Shown here: positions 15,143 to 19,928 of the stretch, piece after piece | How positions within the stretch are numbered: the first letter of the stretch is position 1 | Layout of the letters: each line of letters starts with the position of its first letter | Source: Polyangiales bacterium | GTDB taxonomy: Bacteria > Myxococcota_A > Polyangia > Polyangiales > Houyiibacteriaceae | DNA: 19,928 nucleotides | NCBI GenBank assembly: GCA_045106895.1 | Contig: JBGCFM010000015.1 | Coordinates: forward strand, 1 to 19,928 | Reading direction: 5' to 3' | The notes under the pieces: model-generated | The model's database searches: none | Seen by the model: only the letters and a program-made list of their open reading frames with translations | What the model was told of the DNA's origin: nothing | Made by a program: the position numbers and the translations under genes

Positions 15143-16852
15143 TCATGGTGCTGTCGGAGGCGTGGGACTTGAGCGAGGCAGGCGGCTCGACTCATACCCG
15201 TGATCCGCTGCTTGAGCCTCGCTCTCCGCGGCTTCGATGAGACCCGCGTCGATGGCGCTTCGCAGCACATTCGCCGGCGCGGCGACCACGACGGCGTTTG
15301 CGTCATCGCTGGCGAGGGCGACCCAGCGAATACTTGATTCGGCGGCGCGGGCCAGAGAGTTGAGCGTGCCTACGACGGCTTGCACATCGTAGTGATCGCC
15401 CAGGTTTCGTGCGTGCGCTGCCCATCGCTGAGCGCGGCGCCAGGCCAGCAGCTCATAAGGTCCGTCGACGTCCGCGCTTACTTCTTCGGCAAAGACAGTC
15501 CCTTCCAGGACGCTCGGCGCGAGGGCCGAAAGCCGCCGCAGCAGCGAATCATGCTCGTTTGGGTAGATCCCCGTCTCCGTATTGAACTGCAGCGCTCGGC
15601 CGTCCGCGAAGAGTTGCTCAAGAGGAGTGATCGCTTCCGCGTGCGCCTCCGCGATGAGCCCCATCGCTAACATCTGGGCGCCCAACGTCGCTGCGTCCGC
15701 GTGTTGTTGAAGTGTCTGGAGGAGTGCGCGCATCGGAGGAAAGTCCCCTGCATCGAAAGACTCGGCGAGGTCGCGGGCGAGGGCGCGATCGATGAGCGCG
15801 AGGCGTCTCAGGCAGAGGTACTCGCCGTAGGTGGTGTCCCCAGTGCATTCAGCGAGCTCCTCGCGAACTTCGGCGCGCTCCGCCGGATGAGCTTGGACGT
15901 AGGCCAATGCGTTGAAATCGTAGGCCCGCACCGTGGCGGCGAGCGAAGGCGTTGGATCTGTCGGGTCCGGAAGGAGCCGGTCTTGGTGTCTCCAGCGGGG
16001 ACCGCCGGCCCGGCATTCAATCGCCTCTGGGCTGCGCCGGCAGTGCTCGTCGAAGAGCCGCCGCGCGCGTGGACTGCGCTCGTTGCGAAACAATGGGTCG
16101 ATGGCTTCAGCCGCCGCTGGAAACTCGTTCCGGAGTCGAAGCGCCGTGTCGACACCTCCTCCAAAACGTAGGAGCGCCGATACACCGATACTGGTCACGC
16201 GAAAGTCTCCGCTTTGCACCTCCTGCGTCAGCACCTGGCGAAGCGTCTCGGTGAGCCTGGGGCTCACTTCAAGGCCTGGGTCTTCGCGGATGAGCGCCGC
16301 GAAACGCGCCAGCACCGCACGCGGGGGAATGTCCTCTCGCGCAAAGCGCGCTTCATCCTCGGCCGGCGCGCAACTAGCGAACTCGATCCAGAAGAAAGAA
16401 CGCGCGGCGGTGGGAGTCTCTTGGCGCTCCGCCCAGTCCCCGAGCCAGCCGCACTCGTCGGGCTCGAGCCAGCGAAGCATCGCGCCGTGCACCCTCAGGA
16501 CTTCTTCCATGGAAGCCCCGCCTTCAAGGACGGCAGCTATCGCTGTGGCGAAGCGTTGCTGCATGTTCTCCGAACAACAGAGCGTGTCCTCGACGTGAGC
16601 CCGCGGCGGAAACTCTTCGCCCCAGCGGCGCCAACTCTCCAGCGTCGTGGGCAGGGAAGCACCGAATCGGGCGGGGACGTCTTCCGGGCGGGAGCTCAGC
16701 GGAGCAAAAACAAAAGGCCCGCTTTGACCCTCATCGAGCCCGGAAGCAGCGAAAGATGGTTCTTCAGCGGCCGGCGCCGGCTGCGAAGAGCCCGGCTGGC
16801 AGGTGCAGCCCATGGCCAGACAGAGCAGCGCATAGAGTCTCGTCGTGGCCAT
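15143..16852 (-). CDS. Hypothetical 569-aa lipoprotein (largely helical, Cys pairs)
   Basis: Long ORF with protein-like composition; lipobox 'LAMGC'; fills the gap between rhomboid and cvfB. Confidence 0.78.
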   Translation of the reverse strand: MATTRLYALLCLAMGCTCQPGSSQPAPAAEEPSFAASGLDEGQSGPFVFAPLSSRPEDVPARFGASLPTTLESWRRWGEEFPPRAHVEDTLCCSENMQQRFATAIAAVLEGGASMEEVLRVHGAMLRWLEPDECGWLGDWAERQETPTAARSFFWIEFASCAPAEDEARFAREDIPPRAVLARFAALIREDPGLEVSPRLTETLRQVLTQEVQSGDFRVTSIGVSALLRFGGGVDTALRLRNEFPAAAEAIDPLFRNERSPRARRLFDEHCRRSPEAIECRAGGPRWRHQDRLLPDPTDPTPSLAATVRAYDFNALAYVQAHPAERAEVREELAECTGDTTYGEYLCLRRLALIDRALARDLAESFDAGDFPPMRALLQTLQQHADAATLGAQMLAMGLIAEAHAEAITPLEQLFADGRALQFNTETGIYPNEHDSLLRRLSALAPSVLEGTVFAEEVSADVDGPYELLAWRRAQRWAAHARNLGDHYDVQAVVGTLNSLARAAESSIRWVALASDDANAVVVAAPANVLRSAIDAGLIEAAESEAQAADHGYESSRLPRSSPTPPTAP

Positions 16853-16865
16853 GCTAGTACCGGCT

Positions 16866-17726
16866 ATGACGTACGAAATCGGTCAATACAACACCCTCGA
16901 AGTTCGCCGCGAAGAGGCTCAGGGCTTTTACCTGGGCGGCGAAGCTCACGAGGACCAGGTTCTTCTGCCCGGAAGCTTGGCCTACGCGGACACAAGGATC
17001 GGTGAAGAACTCGAAGTCTTCGTCTACACGGACTCCGAAGACCGCCCCGTCGCTACGACGCAGCAGCCCACCGCCGTCGTCGGAGACTTCGCGTTTCTCT
17101 CTGTGATCGACGTTGCGCCCCACGGAGCGTTCCTCGACTGGGGACTCGATAAGGACCTCTTCGCGCCGCACAATGAGCAGGTTCGAAAGCTCGAGATCGG
17201 CGACCAGTTTGTCTTCGCCGTCACCCTCGACAAGAAGACCGGGCGCGTCAAAGCGACGAGCCAGCTCAAGAACTACCTCGACTACGACGTCTCCGAAATC
17301 ACCGAAGGACAAAGCGTCGAGGTGCTCGTCTACGACCGAAATAGCATCGGCATGTTGGTCGTCGTCGAAGGAAAACACCCAGGTCTCATCTACAAGAATG
17401 AAGCGTTTCAGCCGCTTCGTATCGGCCAGAGGATGACGGCGTACGTTCAGCTCGTCCGTCCTGACAACAAGTTGGACATTCGTCTCCAGCGCTCGGGCGT
17501 TGCCGCCATCGACGACGCGCAGCTTGTCATCCTGGACGCCCTCGTCGCTTCTCCAAACGGTTTTCTGGGCCTCCACGACAAGAGCCCGCCGGAGGACATT
17601 CGAGCGCGCCTTCAGATCAGCAAGAAGGCATTCAAGAAGGCCCTGGGCGGTCTCTACCGCGCTCGCCGCGTCGAGCTCAAAGACGATGGCATTCAGCTCA
17701 TCCGCGAAAATGACACGAGCGAGTAA
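16866..17726 (+). CDS. cvfB: CvfB/YitL-family S1 RNA-binding protein
   Basis: 'IGQYNTLEV', 'VFVYTDSEDR', 'GAFLDWGLDKDL', and winged-helix 'DKSPPEDI...SKKAFKKALGGLY'. Confidence 0.92.
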   Translation: MTYEIGQYNTLEVRREEAQGFYLGGEAHEDQVLLPGSLAYADTRIGEELEVFVYTDSEDRPVATTQQPTAVVGDFAFLSVIDVAPHGAFLDWGLDKDLFAPHNEQVRKLEIGDQFVFAVTLDKKTGRVKATSQLKNYLDYDVSEITEGQSVEVLVYDRNSIGMLVVVEGKHPGLIYKNEAFQPLRIGQRMTAYVQLVRPDNKLDIRLQRSGVAAIDDAQLVILDALVASPNGFLGLHDKSPPEDIRARLQISKKAFKKALGGLYRARRVELKDDGIQLIRENDTSE

Positions 17727-17733
17727 GCGCGCA

Positions 17734-18375
17734 TCAACGCGGACGTTCAAACGCCGCCCTGGCTGCGTCGACGAGGGGCCGCGCGTGGCAGCCGTCGATG
17801 TGGTCGTTCACTAGGCCCATCGCCTGGATGAACGCGTAGAGCGTCGTGGGCCCGACAAAAGACCAGCCGCGCCTCTTGAGCTCCTTGCTCATCGCCACAG
17901 ACTCCGGCGACTGGGTCAGCTTACGCATCGCGTTCAACGTTAGGCGCTTCGGTCGGGTCTTGTCTGCGGGCTCGTAAGACCAGAAGAACGCGCCGAGGGA
18001 GCCGTACTCATCGCGCAGATCACAAGCGCGCTTCGCGTTGTTGATCGTAGATTCGATCTTGCCGCGATGGCGCACGATGCCAGCGTCGCCGAGGAGCCGC
18101 TCCACGCTGCGCTTGTTGAAGCGAGCCACGCGCTCGAAGTCGAAGTGCGCGAATGCTCTTCGAAAGTTCTCACGTTTGCGCAGGATCGTCAGCCAGCTGA
18201 GACCCGCCTGAAAGCCCTCAAGGCACACCTTCTCAAAGAGCTGGTGCTCGTCGTCGACGGGGACGCCCCACTCTTCGTCGTGGTAGCGAACATAGTCTTC
18301 GTGCTGCGCGGGCCATTTGCAGCGCACGACGCCTTCGTTGCGCTGCAGTCCGGGCGCGAGTCGTTGCTTCGCCAT
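17734..18375 (-). CDS. tag: DNA-3-methyladenine glycosylase I
   Basis: 'RCxW', 'YHDEEWG', 'LEGFQAGLSWLTIL', 'FVGPTTLYAF', 'NDH..GC' Zn ligands. Confidence 0.96.
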   Translation of the reverse strand: MAKQRLAPGLQRNEGVVRCKWPAQHEDYVRYHDEEWGVPVDDEHQLFEKVCLEGFQAGLSWLTILRKRENFRRAFAHFDFERVARFNKRSVERLLGDAGIVRHRGKIESTINNAKRACDLRDEYGSLGAFFWSYEPADKTRPKRLTLNAMRKLTQSPESVAMSKELKRRGWSFVGPTTLYAFIQAMGLVNDHIDGCHARPLVDAARAAFERPR

Positions 18376-18399
18376 GACCCAGCATAGCGCTTTGATGCC

Positions 18400-19455
18400 T
18401 CAGAGAAAGCGAGCGCGTGAGCGACTCGACTCAAGGCTGAGCTGCACGAGGAACGCCTCGTGTCCGTTGTCCTCCATCAGCACAAGCTCGCGTTCCTTTA
18501 CGTCGAAGATAAGCGCAGCATTCTCATCGCCACGTTGACCTTCTGGCTGAGAAACGGTCAGGTCCACGATGCGCTCGATCTGCCCAACCTCATCGATGGC
18601 GCAGACGCCGCTCGCCTCAAGGCGCGTCCCGCCGCAGTTGACCTCCACCTCACAGCGACTCTCGCGCGCACCATTCGAAGAGCGAGCCAACACACGACAG
18701 TCCGCGCCCGGGCGAATTCGCGGACGAGCGAGGGGACCCTCACTTGGAATGCCAGAGACGTGGGTGATCGTAGCGTTGCTCTCGAAGGAGCTCGGCCCTC
18801 GCGCCGACGGCGTCGTGCTGCCCTCCGCAGTCGGGCTGTAGTCGTAACTGGCGGCGCTCAGCTCGAAGGCCGCCGGCGCTCCGTTGAGGTTCATGCGCAG
18901 GACACCCGATCGGGTGTCAACGTAGAAGTGATTGCTCCCGCGCGGTGAGCGGTCCCCAATCGAGCAGAAGAGCGACGCGTCGTAGCCGCTTCGGAGGGCA
19001 CAAGCACCGATGCGCCGTCCGGCGACGGTGAAATGCGATGAGCTGTGGACTCTTCGCTCCCCACACAGAAGCCGAACGTCGATCTCACGGTCGGACCGCC
19101 CCTCCACACCGTGGATATCCCGCGCGTCTACGCTCAATGTGCACTCTTCGCCGCGTGCTGCGTGGATGGTGGTCTCTGTAGGGATCGCTCTCCACGTGTA
19201 TCGAGCGTGGCTCTGCAGTGCGAGGTCTTGAGTTGAGAGTGCCGTAAAGGACCCAGGCCGTTGCTCCGGAGGCGCCGCGCACCATCCGATGGCCGCGCCC
19301 AACGAAAGAAGAACCAACGCCGCACACGCATGTCGCCACGGTGTGTTCGCCTTCATCGCCGTCAGTTCTTCCAGCGCAGCTTCCGCCTTCGCCGCTCGCG
19401 CCTCGGCCTCCTCGTTACGTCGTACCCACGCTTCCTCGTCACTTCGATACGGCAT
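18400..19455 (-). CDS. Hypothetical single-pass membrane protein: PYR N-terminus, coiled coil, TM helix, two related Cys-containing beta domains
   Basis: 'MPYRSDEEA', EAEARAAKAEAALEEL, hydrophobic 'AALVLLSLGAAIGW'; repeats 'GEECTLSV...VRLLCGERRV' and 'GADCRVLA...VEVNCGGTRL'. Confidence 0.72.
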   Translation of the reverse strand: MPYRSDEEAWVRRNEEAEARAAKAEAALEELTAMKANTPWRHACAALVLLSLGAAIGWCAAPPEQRPGSFTALSTQDLALQSHARYTWRAIPTETTIHAARGEECTLSVDARDIHGVEGRSDREIDVRLLCGERRVHSSSHFTVAGRRIGACALRSGYDASLFCSIGDRSPRGSNHFYVDTRSGVLRMNLNGAPAAFELSAASYDYSPTAEGSTTPSARGPSSFESNATITHVSGIPSEGPLARPRIRPGADCRVLARSSNGARESRCEVEVNCGGTRLEASGVCAIDEVGQIERIVDLTVSQPEGQRGDENAALIFDVKERELVLMEDNGHEAFLVQLSLESSRSRARFL

Positions 19456-19530
19456 GGCATGCAGACACAGGACGCAACTGAAAGTTCCCGAGTCTCATCG
19501 GTCGAGGATGAAACCTGGTACTCTGGCGCC

Positions 19531-19928
19531 ATGCGCACACTTCTGATGGTAGGGCTGATGAGTTCTTTGGCTCTTGGATGCGGTGACGACGACTCGAGCG
19601 TCGACGCCGGCGGAGACACCGGCCCCGCCACGGACGCCGGCTCCATCGCCGATGGTGGCGGAACAGAAGACACAGGGCCGGGAAGCGACGCCGGCCCAGG
19701 CGACGACGGTGGACCCGCTGGTGACGCGGGCCCCGCCGGAGATGTCGGCCCAGGGTTCGATGCAGGCACCGACGCAGGTTTCGATGCAGGCTTCGACGCG
19801 GGTCCAGACGGCACGTGTGGCGGGTTCATCGGTGCGGTCTGCCCAAGCCGCGGCGATTTCTGTGAGTACGCAACGGGCTGCGGCACCGGCGACGCCGAAG
19901 GCATCTGTGTAACCCCCCCTGAGTCCTG
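19531..19928 (+). CDS. Lipoprotein with a DAG-rich linker and a Cys-rich module (probably preceding a Kazal-type domain); truncated at the window end
   Basis: Hand-translated: MRTLLMVGLMSSLALGCGDDD...DAG repeats...CGGFIGAVCPSRGDFCEYATGCGTGDAEGICVTPPES. Not in the ORF track. Confidence 0.82.
   Translation, partial: MRTLLMVGLMSSLALGCGDDDSSVDAGGDTGPATDAGSIADGGGTEDTGPGSDAGPGDDGGPAGDAGPAGDVGPGFDAGTDAGFDAGFDAGPDGTCGGFIGAVCPSRGDFCEYATGCGTGDAEGICVTPPES
19756..19803 (+). repeat. 4 x 12-bp coding tandem repeat (FDAG/TDAG/FDAG/FDAG)
   Basis: ttcgatgcaggc accgacgcaggt ttcgatgcaggc ttcgacgcgggt. Confidence 0.8.

Noticed and set aside
16854..17750. 298-aa minus-strand ORF
   Set aside because: Antisense shadow of cvfB.
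4227..18375. Restriction-modification or anti-phage interpretation of the methyltransferases, tag and the caspase-like domain
   Set aside because: No DNA-methyltransferase motifs (DPPY/NPPY/PCQ), nuclease, gasdermin or NLR partner is visible; the context is metabolic.
19362..19912. Track ORFs 19362..19904 (-) and 19574..19912 (+); 12-bp repeats as CRISPR
   Set aside because: Alternative frames of the real lipoprotein starting at 19531; the repeats are coding and lack spacers.

Overview
GC-rich bacterial chromosomal window with about 19 densely packed CDSs. I found no rRNA, canonical tRNA, CRISPR array or transposase. The Cys-rich and FG-GAP lipoproteins, 'GCGDD..DAG' linkers and 'PYR' N-terminus suggest Myxococcota (Polyangiales/Sandaracinaceae-like); this is inference. 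Recognisable genes: glutathione S-transferase, Methyltransf_24-type methyltransferase, GT4 glycosyltransferase, rhomboid protease, CvfB and tag. Two real edge-truncated genes are missing from the ORF track: an HhH/Cys-rich/P-domain lipoprotein (1..1112 -) and a DAG-linker Cys-rich lipoprotein (19531..end +). The best candidate for an undescribed system is a three-gene operon coupled by ATGA overlaps (11123..13634 -). It encodes a cysteine dioxygenase-like cupin, a caspase/CHAT-like His-Cys domain fused to a SAM methyltransferase, and a glutamate-racemase homologue with altered substrate-binding motifs. Other notable points: an orphan 3' fragment of pntB in an intergenic gap, repeated leaderless-promoter signatures, two genes whose natural start lies one base out of frame, and several palindromes. 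All family assignments come from motifs read by eye, not from database searches.
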